Below, piece by piece: positions 19,331-27,002 of a stretch of 64,000 bases of DNA. The translations under genes and the position numbers were made by a program. Origin of the DNA: an uncultured Desulfobacterales bacterium. GTDB taxonomy: Bacteria; Desulfobacterota; DSM-4660; Desulfatiglandales; HGW-15. How positions within the stretch are numbered: position 1 is the first letter of the stretch; the number at the start of each line of letters is the position of its first letter. Location: the NCBI GenBank assembly GCA_964450535.1, contig CAYVDE010000002.1, positions 17,862-81,861 on the forward strand, read 5' to 3'. The notes below the pieces were generated by a model. That model was not told where the DNA came from. It saw only the letters and a list, made by a program, of their open reading frames with translations, and searched no databases.

Positions 19331-19771
19331 ATGACTTCTTCAACCATTCAAGTAACTCGGGAGATTGCGATTTCCGAGGCGGAGATCGAGGAGCGGTTTG
19401 TGCGCGCTTCGGGGCCGGGCGGTCAGAACGTGAACCGGGTGGCCACGGCTGTGCAGCTCAGGTTCGATGCTGCACGATCCCCTTCCCTGCCTGATGAAAT
19501 CCGTTGGAGGCTAATGCGTCTTGCCGGAAAGCGGTTGAACCGGGACGGCGTAATAGTGATAGATGCGCGAAGGCACAGGACTCAGGAGCAGAACCGGAAA
19601 GACGCCCTTGATCGCCTGGTTTCCCTTATTAAAGAGGCCTCGGAACGGCCCCGCCCCCGTAAACCTACGCGACCCACCAATGCTTCACGCAGGCGTCGTC
19701 TGGAGAGCAAAGTGCGTAAGGGGAGAATAAAACGCTTGAGGCGACCCGTCAGCGACCGGGACTACCGCTGA
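19331..19771 (+). CDS. arfB: alternative ribosome-rescue factor ArfB (peptidyl-tRNA hydrolase)
   Basis: 146 aa. GGQ motif (SGPGGQNVNRVATAV) and a basic C-terminal tail. Confidence 0.85.
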   Translation: MTSSTIQVTREIAISEAEIEERFVRASGPGGQNVNRVATAVQLRFDAARSPSLPDEIRWRLMRLAGKRLNRDGVIVIDARRHRTQEQNRKDALDRLVSLIKEASERPRPRKPTRPTNASRRRRLESKVRKGRIKRLRRPVSDRDYR

Positions 19772-19797
19772 TCACGACCGATTCGGCCAAGGCAGCC

Positions 19798-20004
19798 TCA
19801 GAGCCCTTCCCACAGCGACCAGAATGCGGGAAAGCTCTTGCTGACACACTCCGGCTCCTGAATTCGAATACCCGGTACCCTTAGACCCACCAAGGCCAGG
19901 CTCATGGCGATTCGGTGGTCATTGTGTGGATTCAGGGGTGCTCCTCGAAGCGGGGCCCCAACTACCTCGGCGCTGTACGGATGCCTCTTTATTCGGCAAC
20001 CCAT
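19798..20004 (-). pseudogene. aroA: 3'-terminal remnant of aroA (EPSP synthase)
   Basis: Only the last ~65 codons of an AroA-like sequence are present (ERMGCRIKRHPYSAEVVGAPLRGAPLNPHNDHRIAMSLALVGL...PECVSKSFPAFW). The upstream ~370 codons are missing, and trpD starts divergently at the break. Confidence 0.6.
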
Positions 20005-20892
20005 GCGCTCGAGAATGTCATGGATCAGGAAATGGAGACCGCCATTGGGGAAATATTCGAGAACAGGGCCACTCCCGCCCAGATCGGTGCGTTCATCGCG
20101 GCCCTGAGGATCAGGGGTGAGACCGTCGTAGAGATCACCGCGGCGGCAAAAGCTATGAGGAAGAGGGCCTCGAAAGTATCGGTGGATAACGGCCTGGTGA
20201 ACATCGACCGGGACGAGATAAACATCGAGGAGGAGACGATCCTGGATACCTGCGGGACGGGCGGCGACGGGACGAACACCTTCAACATCTCCACGGCTAC
20301 TGCATTCGTCGCTTCAGGCGGCGGAGTGCGAGTGGCAAAACACGGGAACCGGGCCGTTTCCAGCCGCTGTGGAAGCGCGGACGTTCTTTCTAACCTGGGA
20401 GTTCGTCTGGACATCAATCGCTCAAATATTGAGCAGTGCATCCGCGAGATCGGTATCGGGTTCCTGTATGCCCCTTTGTTTCATGATGCCATGAAGTATA
20501 CGGCGGCTCCCAGGCAGGAAGTCGGAATCAGGACTGTATTCAACCTGCTGGGTCCGCTCACCAACCCGGCCGGTGGCACGACCCAGGTCCTTGGAGTATA
20601 CGAGCCGCGATTGACCGGTACCATGGCCGAAGTGCTGGACCGGCTAGGGTGCCGGGAGGCCTTTGTGGTGTGCGGTGAAGAGACTCTGGATGAAATCAGT
20701 ATCTGCGGACCTACCAGAGTGTCTCACTTGAAGGATGGAGCGGTCCGGACATTCAGGATGGAGCCCGGGGACTTCGGTTTCGATCGAGCCGAGCCCCGAG
20801 CCATCAAAGGGGGCGCGGCGACAAGGATGTATTCACCATTGCCGAGGCACTGGGGGACAAGGGCTGGAAAAGGTTTTTGCGTTCCAGAGTGA
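19981..20892 (+). CDS. trpD: anthranilate phosphoribosyltransferase TrpD, apparently frameshifted/truncated at the 3' end
   Basis: GTGGDGTNTFNIST, KHGNRAVSS and FNLLGPLTNPAG motifs are present. After ...AIKGG the family-like sequence (GDKDVFTIAEALGDKG) continues only in another frame. The last ~45 residues expected for TrpD are absent. The start could be 19981 or 20020. Confidence 0.7.
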   Translation: MPLYSATHALENVMDQEMETAIGEIFENRATPAQIGAFIAALRIRGETVVEITAAAKAMRKRASKVSVDNGLVNIDRDEINIEEETILDTCGTGGDGTNTFNISTATAFVASGGGVRVAKHGNRAVSSRCGSADVLSNLGVRLDINRSNIEQCIREIGIGFLYAPLFHDAMKYTAAPRQEVGIRTVFNLLGPLTNPAGGTTQVLGVYEPRLTGTMAEVLDRLGCREAFVVCGEETLDEISICGPTRVSHLKDGAVRTFRMEPGDFGFDRAEPRAIKGGAATRMYSPLPRHWGTRAGKGFCVPE

Positions 20893-20901
20893 GGTTTAAT
20901 C

Positions 20902-21681
20902 ATGCTTGAGCAGGAAATCAGGGCCCGGTCCAAGGTGAAACCTATTCTACTTATGGCGCATACGGTGCTGGGATATCCATCTCTCGACGGGTCCCGAAAG
21001 ATGATCAAGGCCCTGAACGGAGCCGGGGCGGACATGCTGGAACTCCAGATCCCGTTCTCGGACCCGGTGGCCGACGGCCCCGTTATCTGCCGGGCCAACG
21101 AAGAAGCGATCCAAAATGGAGCTTCGGTATCAGCTTGTCTCGGGCTGGTTCAGAAGGCTTCGGAAATATTTAGGGGCCCGGTCATAGTTATGGCCTATTA
21201 CAATACGGTGTATTGTCAAGGTGTTGAGCGTTTTGCCGAAATCCTTGCGCAGGGAGGCGCGGCAGGTGTCCTTGTTCCCGACCTTCCGCCGGAAGAGGGA
21301 GAGCGCCATTTCCATTCATTACGGTCCAACGATCTGGCCTCGATTCTCACGCTTACTCCCACCACGGCCACGAGCCGCATGGAACGCATGAACTCTTTGG
21401 GCGACGGCTTCCTCTACTGCGTGGCAAGGAGAGGTGTGACCGGCGCAGTTACCAGATTTACACCTGATGTCTCCTCCTACCTCCTTCGATGCCGCCAGGC
21501 CTCAACCCTTCCGCTCGCCGCAGGATTCGGAGTTTCCTCCAGAAAGGACGTGGAGTTTCTGGAAGGCAGGGTGGAGATACCGGTTATTGGGACCGAACTG
21601 ATCCGCCGCATGGAGGCCGGAGGACCTGAAGCGGCTATCGAATTTCTGGTATCCCTAATGGAGTCAGGTCTTGTTTTTTGA
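20902..21681 (+). CDS. trpA: tryptophan synthase alpha chain
   Basis: 259 aa. ELQIPFSDPVADGPVI active-site segment and GFGVSS phosphate-binding loop. No trpB is adjacent. Confidence 0.9.
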   Translation: MLEQEIRARSKVKPILLMAHTVLGYPSLDGSRKMIKALNGAGADMLELQIPFSDPVADGPVICRANEEAIQNGASVSACLGLVQKASEIFRGPVIVMAYYNTVYCQGVERFAEILAQGGAAGVLVPDLPPEEGERHFHSLRSNDLASILTLTPTTATSRMERMNSLGDGFLYCVARRGVTGAVTRFTPDVSSYLLRCRQASTLPLAAGFGVSSRKDVEFLEGRVEIPVIGTELIRRMEAGGPEAAIEFLVSLMESGLVF

Positions 21682-21764
21682 CTTTTTCGCAGAACCGTTG
21701 TTTATAGGGTTGTCTTAAGGAGGTTAAGGAAAGTCAAAAAAATCAAAAAACAAGACTTGACCCC
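21662..21764. repeat. inverted-repeat element, copy A (arms GTCAGGTCTTGTTTTTTGAC / TCAAAAAACAAGACTTGAC)
   Basis: Left arm 21663-21687 and right arm 21733-21764, read directly. The same arms recur at 34414-34516 and 52501-52570. Confidence 0.85.
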
Positions 21765-22437
21765 ATCGGTCGTCTATACAGGCATTCCAATCGAGCTTGA
21801 TTCGGCAGGTGTCCTTAAAGGACAGGGAATTGATCCGAAACGGGCAGGAAAGGCGCTCGTTGGCATGGCCGATGAGGTGATTCAGGAGGCACTGGCCCTA
21901 ATGACCCCTGCTTCGATTCGGAGCGTCCTGACGGTGAGGGATTTCCATCACGAAAGCATTGTGCTGGCAGAGGGGGGGGTGTTCGAAGGCCCATTGGCAT
22001 CAAGGGCCCTGGCCGGGTCTAGAGAGGTATCGGCTGCTGTCTGTACCGTTGGACCGGCCCTTGAGGCTAGAGTAAAATTGCTTTTCCCGGAAGATCCTGT
22101 GAGGGCCATGGCGCTGGACGGGGCCGGTACAGAAGCCCTTCGGCAGGTCTCCCGGTTCGTGGTTAAAGGGATACGTGAGGAGGCCACCTCAAAGGGGTGG
22201 GGTTCGGGCATGCGGGCCCAGCCGGGGCAGGAGGGTTGGTCTATCCGGCAGCAGCACGTGCTCTTCGACCTGGTACCGGCAGGCCGTATCGGGGTGCACC
22301 TGACCGACAGCGCGCTCATGATCCCGCAGAAATCGGTTTCCCTGGTGATCGGCATGGGACCGGACATGCGGCCTGACGGTGTTGCCTGTGATTACTGCTC
22401 CAAGAGGGAACGCTGCCCGTGGAGGATTTCGAGCTGA
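21757..22437 (+). CDS. methionine synthase activation-domain-like (Met_synt_B12-like) protein
   Basis: 226 aa. Overall pattern plus the LMIPQKSVSLVIGMG segment resemble stand-alone vitamin-B12-dependent methionine synthase activation-domain proteins. The TTG start lies inside repeat copy A, so the start is uncertain. Confidence 0.55.
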   Translation: MTPSVVYTGIPIELDSAGVLKGQGIDPKRAGKALVGMADEVIQEALALMTPASIRSVLTVRDFHHESIVLAEGGVFEGPLASRALAGSREVSAAVCTVGPALEARVKLLFPEDPVRAMALDGAGTEALRQVSRFVVKGIREEATSKGWGSGMRAQPGQEGWSIRQQHVLFDLVPAGRIGVHLTDSALMIPQKSVSLVIGMGPDMRPDGVACDYCSKRERCPWRISS

Positions 22438-22468
22438 TCCTGTTCCTGCCGGTGTATCGCATCCGGGA

Positions 22469-23122
22469 TCACCGTTCAGGGGGATCGGCCGGCGGAACTT
22501 CGGTGATGTAGGGAAAGTGCTTTTCGATGCAGGCCGGGCAGATGCCGTGTGAGAAAGTCGCATCTGAGTGACTGGTGATGTACTCCTCAACCTGGGTCCA
22601 GTAACCTTCATCATCCCGGATCTTCTTGCAGTAGGAACATATGGGCAGGAGGCCGGAGAGCAATTGCACCTTTTCCAAGGCCTCGCGAAGTTCCCGGATC
22701 AAGCGATCCCGTGTGTCCCTGGCCTCCTTCAGCTCTATATGGGTCTTGACCCTTGCCAGGAGTTCTACGGTCTGGAAAGGCTTGGTCACGTAATCCAGGC
22801 CACCGGCCTCGAATCCCTTGACGATGTCATCGGTTTCCGTCCTTGCAGTCAGGAATATGATCGGGGTCTCGCGCGTCTCATCAATGCCCTTGAGAGTCCG
22901 GCACACCTCGAGGCCGTCCATGCCCGGCATCATGATATCGAGCAGGATGAGGTCGGGTTCTAGTTCCTGCACCATGTCCAGTGCCTGTTCTCCGCTTGTG
23001 GCGAAGGCGATATGGTATGAATGCTCGCTCAAGAGATTGGCCAGAACCCGTATATTTGTGTCCACGTCGTCCACTATGAGCACGAGCGGGCTTTTTGCAG
23101 GAAAGGTCTTGGTGGAGGACAT
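22469..23122 (-). CDS. response regulator (REC) with Cys-rich C-terminal module
   Basis: 217 aa. REC domain with phospho-acceptor context LILLDIMMPGMDG. Coiled linker. C-terminal CSYCKKIRDDEGYW...FSHGICPAC four-Cys motif. Confidence 0.8.
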   Translation of the reverse strand: MSSTKTFPAKSPLVLIVDDVDTNIRVLANLLSEHSYHIAFATSGEQALDMVQELEPDLILLDIMMPGMDGLEVCRTLKGIDETRETPIIFLTARTETDDIVKGFEAGGLDYVTKPFQTVELLARVKTHIELKEARDTRDRLIRELREALEKVQLLSGLLPICSYCKKIRDDEGYWTQVEEYITSHSDATFSHGICPACIEKHFPYITEVPPADPPER

Positions 23123-23194
23123 CCTTTCTCCTTTGACTCAGAAGAGATTCTGCGCTCTTCGCCCGGGACCGCCTGGATGGGCCGGGGCGGTGCA

Positions 23195-25168
23195 TCATTT
23201 TTTCGGCACCAATGATTCACCGGTCAATTGCGAGACCTCGTTACGGAGCTCGGGAAAGCTCGCAAGGGTGCGCTGTATTCCATCGATGTCAAAACGGCCG
23301 GCCGCCTCTATCAGTTCAGTGCCCCACCGGTTGAGACCAAGGATACGGCCCTCGGTCCCCAGGTCCCGGATCTCAATGGCAAAATCCTTGATTTCATCTA
23401 TGACCATCCGCTTTTTAACGCGTTCCCATTGCTCCTGAAAGCGGGTTTGTAGGGCGTCCACCACCCGTGACAGTTGCTCAGGGCTATGGGTGGTTTCCGG
23501 GATCGGCTCCGCCACACTCTGAAACGTCAATAGGTCCAGGTTGTCGAAATCACTCAGTCCCCCGGTTTCAGAGGCATCGGCCACGGCCACGTCGCGCAGG
23601 GTAACCTCGAACACGCTTCCCTTTCCCGGGGTGCTCAGGACGGAAATGCGCCCGCCCATAATGTCAACGAGCCGCTTGGTTATGGCCAGGCCGAGACCGG
23701 TGCCCTCGTACCTTCTGGTGCTCTGTCCCTCGTGCTGACGGAACGCATCGAAAATCAGGCCGAGCTGTTCCGGGTTGATACCGATCCCAGTGTCCCGGAC
23801 GGAAAGGATCAGGTCAATGACATCTCCTCTCGATCCCTTGTCCTTTTTCGTCAAGGTCAGTTCAATGAGTCCCTCGTGCGTGAAGTTGACAGCGTTGCCC
23901 ACCAGGTTAAAGAGGATCTGGCGCAGTCGGACTTCATCGAGCATCAGGACCTCGGGGATGCTCGGGTCGATATTGATCCTGAAATCCAGGCCCTTTTCCT
24001 TTGTCTTCCAAAGAAAAATGGTTTGCTGTTCATGAAATACAGATCGGAGTTCCAGGGGCCTGTTCCGTATCTCCATTCTGCCTGCCTCTATCTTGGAGAG
24101 ATCCAGTATGTCGTTGATCAGGCTGAGCAGTGTCTTGGCGCTGGACATGACTGCCGAAAGGAATTCCCTCTTTTGCTTGTCCTGGATCTGCCCGTGCAGG
24201 ATCTCTGTGAAACCCAGTATGGCGTTCATGGGCGTACGGATCTCATGACTCATGGATGCTAGGAACAGGCTCTTGGCGCGGTTGGCGGACTCTGCCTCCT
24301 CGCGGGCGACCTGGACCTCTTTGAGGATTTGGTTCAACTCGCGGTTTTTGACCTTGAGTTCCTCGGTCCTCTCCAGCACCTTTTGTTCCAGGGTCCGGTT
24401 GGAATCTTCCAGCTTACGGTTGGCCTCGGTGAGATCGGCGACCAAGCCCTGTATCGACCCCCGCATGTGATCCAGGGCCGTGGCCAGGCTGCCGATTTCA
24501 TCCCTGCTGGCGGTATCGATGGGCGTGTCCAGATTGCCCCCGGCAATGGAAATAGCCGAGTTCTTGAGGCGCAGGAGGGGCCTGAAGACATACCTCCTTG
24601 TGACGGCGATGGATGTGAGGGTGATGGCGGCGATGATCAGGCCGGTGAGCCCTACTATAGCAAGGATGCTGCGGTGTATTTCCTGCCTGGCCAGGTCGCG
24701 GGAGATGGCTACTTCGAACATCCCGATCTCGGTTCCCATCCTCTTGATGCTTACGGTACGGGTAATGAAATCCGAGGAATGGACGAGGGTCTCGAACCCA
24801 TTCGCCTGTTCCCCGGGGCGGGCACGGCCTGCTATGATATCACTTCCTGAGATAACCCTGGCGAACACCACTGTCTGGTTTACGAATATGGCTTCCAGGA
24901 AGTCGTTCACTACAGCGTGGTCGATCTGCCATACAGCCGAGGCCAAAGAGGTCTCAGCGAGCTTGACGATTGCCGTCACCTCCTGTTCCAGGTCTTGGTT
25001 GACACGATCGATTGTGTAAAAAACCACTACTGCGGAAAAGAGGATCATTATCAGGGTCACGATACCGGTCAGTGAATAGCTGAAGCGCCTGCTGAGCCCC
25101 ACGTTATAGATTCCGGATTTCTTGACGGAGTCGAGCGGGGGCAATAACTTTTTGTCATTCATTCCCAT
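23195..25168 (-). CDS. membrane sensor histidine kinase (2 TM, HAMP, HisKA, HATPase_c, C-terminal helical extension)
   Basis: 657 aa. H-box [11 protein letters not shown] and G-boxes DTGIGI / [13 protein letters not shown] domain follows the second TM helix. Confidence 0.85.
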   Translation of the reverse strand: MGMNDKKLLPPLDSVKKSGIYNVGLSRRFSYSLTGIVTLIMILFSAVVVFYTIDRVNQDLEQEVTAIVKLAETSLASAVWQIDHAVVNDFLEAIFVNQTVVFARVISGSDIIAGRARPGEQANGFETLVHSSDFITRTVSIKRMGTEIGMFEVAISRDLARQEIHRSILAIVGLTGLIIAAITLTSIAVTRRYVFRPLLRLKNSAISIAGGNLDTPIDTASRDEIGSLATALDHMRGSIQGLVADLTEANRKLEDSNRTLEQKVLERTEELKVKNRELNQILKEVQVAREEAESANRAKSLFLASMSHEIRTPMNAILGFTEILHGQIQDKQKREFLSAVMSSAKTLLSLINDILDLSKIEAGRMEIRNRPLELRSVFHEQQTIFLWKTKEKGLDFRINIDPSIPEVLMLDEVRLRQILFNLVGNAVNFTHEGLIELTLTKKDKGSRGDVIDLILSVRDTGIGINPEQLGLIFDAFRQHEGQSTRRYEGTGLGLAITKRLVDIMGGRISVLSTPGKGSVFEVTLRDVAVADASETGGLSDFDNLDLLTFQSVAEPIPETTHSPEQLSRVVDALQTRFQEQWERVKKRMVIDEIKDFAIEIRDLGTEGRILGLNRWGTELIEAAGRFDIDGIQRTLASFPELRNEVSQLTGESLVPKK

Positions 25169-25977
25169 TTTGTCTTGATTGCATCCAGGGTGCCGTTCTG
25201 TTCCAGACAGCGTTTGCCCAGATCAAAGGACGAAAGGACTTTCGATGTGCGTTTTCCCGACTTGAAACCCATGATGAATTCCTGGGCCGACCCCCATGAA
25301 GGAAGCTTATTGAAGCGACCGGCGAGGTTTTCCTGCCGGAGGACATAGTCGAAGGGCACATCATAGCCCACCATGCCGAAGACCCACCCCTTGCCGACCA
25401 TTTCGAATCCCTGAAGAATGGAATAGGCCTCCACCTTGACAATGTCGTCATTCGCCTCCCATTCCCTGCCGAAGGCCCACCCCTTGACCCCCACGATCTG
25501 TTTTCCATTGAGGGACTGGAGGCCGTCAAATGTGAACTCGACTGAGGCGGGGACATATACCACAAAGGCGGAGTGGATAACGGGCTCCTCTGAAAAGAGG
25601 AACTTCTTTTCTCTATCTGACGTCTTCATAGCGGGAAAAATCACATCCGCCTTTCCGGTCTCCACGTAATGCATGCCACGTGACCATGGGACCACTTGGA
25701 GCACGATAGTGTAGCCGCTTGCGTGAAAGCTTTCCCTTACAACGTCCCAGGCATACCCTTGAAGCCGGGAGGAATCGGTTCCGGGCGGTATGCTCTCCTC
25801 GACCAGATCCGGGGCGTTTTCCTTGTCAAAGCAGTAGGGAGGAAAGTCCGTAAGGGTGGCTACTCGGACCATGTTTTCTCCGGCCCCGGCGCACAGGGGC
25901 GGACCTGGTCCACATGCGAGCAGGAACGAGCATACGGCAAATGCCGATACGCGCCGGTGAATCCCTGTTCGTTTCAT
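25159..25977 (-). CDS. periplasmic solute-binding protein, family 3 (SBP_bac_3-like)
   Basis: 272 aa with a signal peptide. TLTDFPPYCF...GYAWDVV...VPWSRG...G.ADVIFP pattern. The stop overlaps the histidine kinase start. Confidence 0.7.
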   Translation of the reverse strand: MKRTGIHRRVSAFAVCSFLLACGPGPPLCAGAGENMVRVATLTDFPPYCFDKENAPDLVEESIPPGTDSSRLQGYAWDVVRESFHASGYTIVLQVVPWSRGMHYVETGKADVIFPAMKTSDREKKFLFSEEPVIHSAFVVYVPASVEFTFDGLQSLNGKQIVGVKGWAFGREWEANDDIVKVEAYSILQGFEMVGKGWVFGMVGYDVPFDYVLRQENLAGRFNKLPSWGSAQEFIMGFKSGKRTSKVLSSFDLGKRCLEQNGTLDAIKTKWE

Positions 25978-26019
25978 CTCTGGTTCTCCTCGTGCGGTGC
26001 CGGCTGATAAAGACCCGGT

Positions 26020-26844
26020 TCATCGCCACTTGGCTTCAATGGCCTCGTATATACCCTTCTTGATTATCCGGTCCTTCCCCATGTCGAAATCGTCAAGAAT
26101 TCGACGGCTCTCAGGACTGGACCTTGCGCCGGCCAGGTACTCGTCGTTCCGGTCAAAGGATGGAAGCTTTTGATATCTATTCGTTATGCCTTCTTTTTTG
26201 AGGACATAATCGAACACAATATCATATCCGGCCACACCGAAGACGCGGCCCCGATCCAGCATTTGAAAACACTGAAGGATTCCGTCCAATACCTCCCTTT
26301 GAATCTCATTTTCCTTTACCCATGCCTCTCCGTAGCTCCAGCCCCGAATAACGGCGATCCTCTTGCCTCTAAGGCTTTGAAGGCCTTCCCATTCAATGTG
26401 GCGTGACGCAGGGACATAGATGAGGTACTTGGCGGTGTTGACCATTTGTTTTGAATAATCGAGGGTTTTCTGCCGTTCCTCTGTCAATGCAGTGGGAAAG
26501 ATGACATCCGCCTTGCCTTGCCTCACATAAGACATGCCCCGCTCCCAAGGGACTACGATCAAACGGATCGTGTAACCCATCTCATGGAGGCTTTCCCTGA
26601 CTATATCCCAACTGAATCCCTGGAGCTGCGCCGAGTCCGAGCCGGGTGGTATGGTCTCCACGGCAATCGGTTCCGCCCCGTCGATCTGGAAACAATAGGG
26701 CATGTAATCGGAAAGCGTGGCTATAGTGGCAACGGAGGCTTCCTCGGCAAAGGACCTGGAGGGTTCCCCTGCGAACATAATGAGGGCTGCCTGGAAAAGC
26801 CCGACAAGCAGGAGAACCTCTGCAGACCGGAATACTCGTTTCAT
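26020..26844 (-). CDS. periplasmic solute-binding protein, family 3, paralogue
   Basis: ATG at 26844 follows an AAGGAGAGGG RBS and gives a signal peptide (MKRVFRSAEVLLLVGLFQAAL). The sequence aligns along its length with the neighbouring SBP. Confidence 0.7.
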   Translation of the reverse strand: MKRVFRSAEVLLLVGLFQAALIMFAGEPSRSFAEEASVATIATLSDYMPYCFQIDGAEPIAVETIPPGSDSAQLQGFSWDIVRESLHEMGYTIRLIVVPWERGMSYVRQGKADVIFPTALTEERQKTLDYSKQMVNTAKYLIYVPASRHIEWEGLQSLRGKRIAVIRGWSYGEAWVKENEIQREVLDGILQCFQMLDRGRVFGVAGYDIVFDYVLKKEGITNRYQKLPSFDRNDEYLAGARSSPESRRILDDFDMGKDRIIKKGIYEAIEAKWR

Positions 26845-27002
26845 GCTTACCCTCTCCTTACCGCACCGACAGTGCTTGCATGTATTCCAGGACCGGCGGC
26901 AGGGCGGAATTTCTCCCGCCACCTCCCGGGTTGAAGGAGCTCGGGTCCCCGCCCCAAAAATTTGCAATATATATGCCAGACAGCGGTAATTCGAGGGGCG
27001 GT

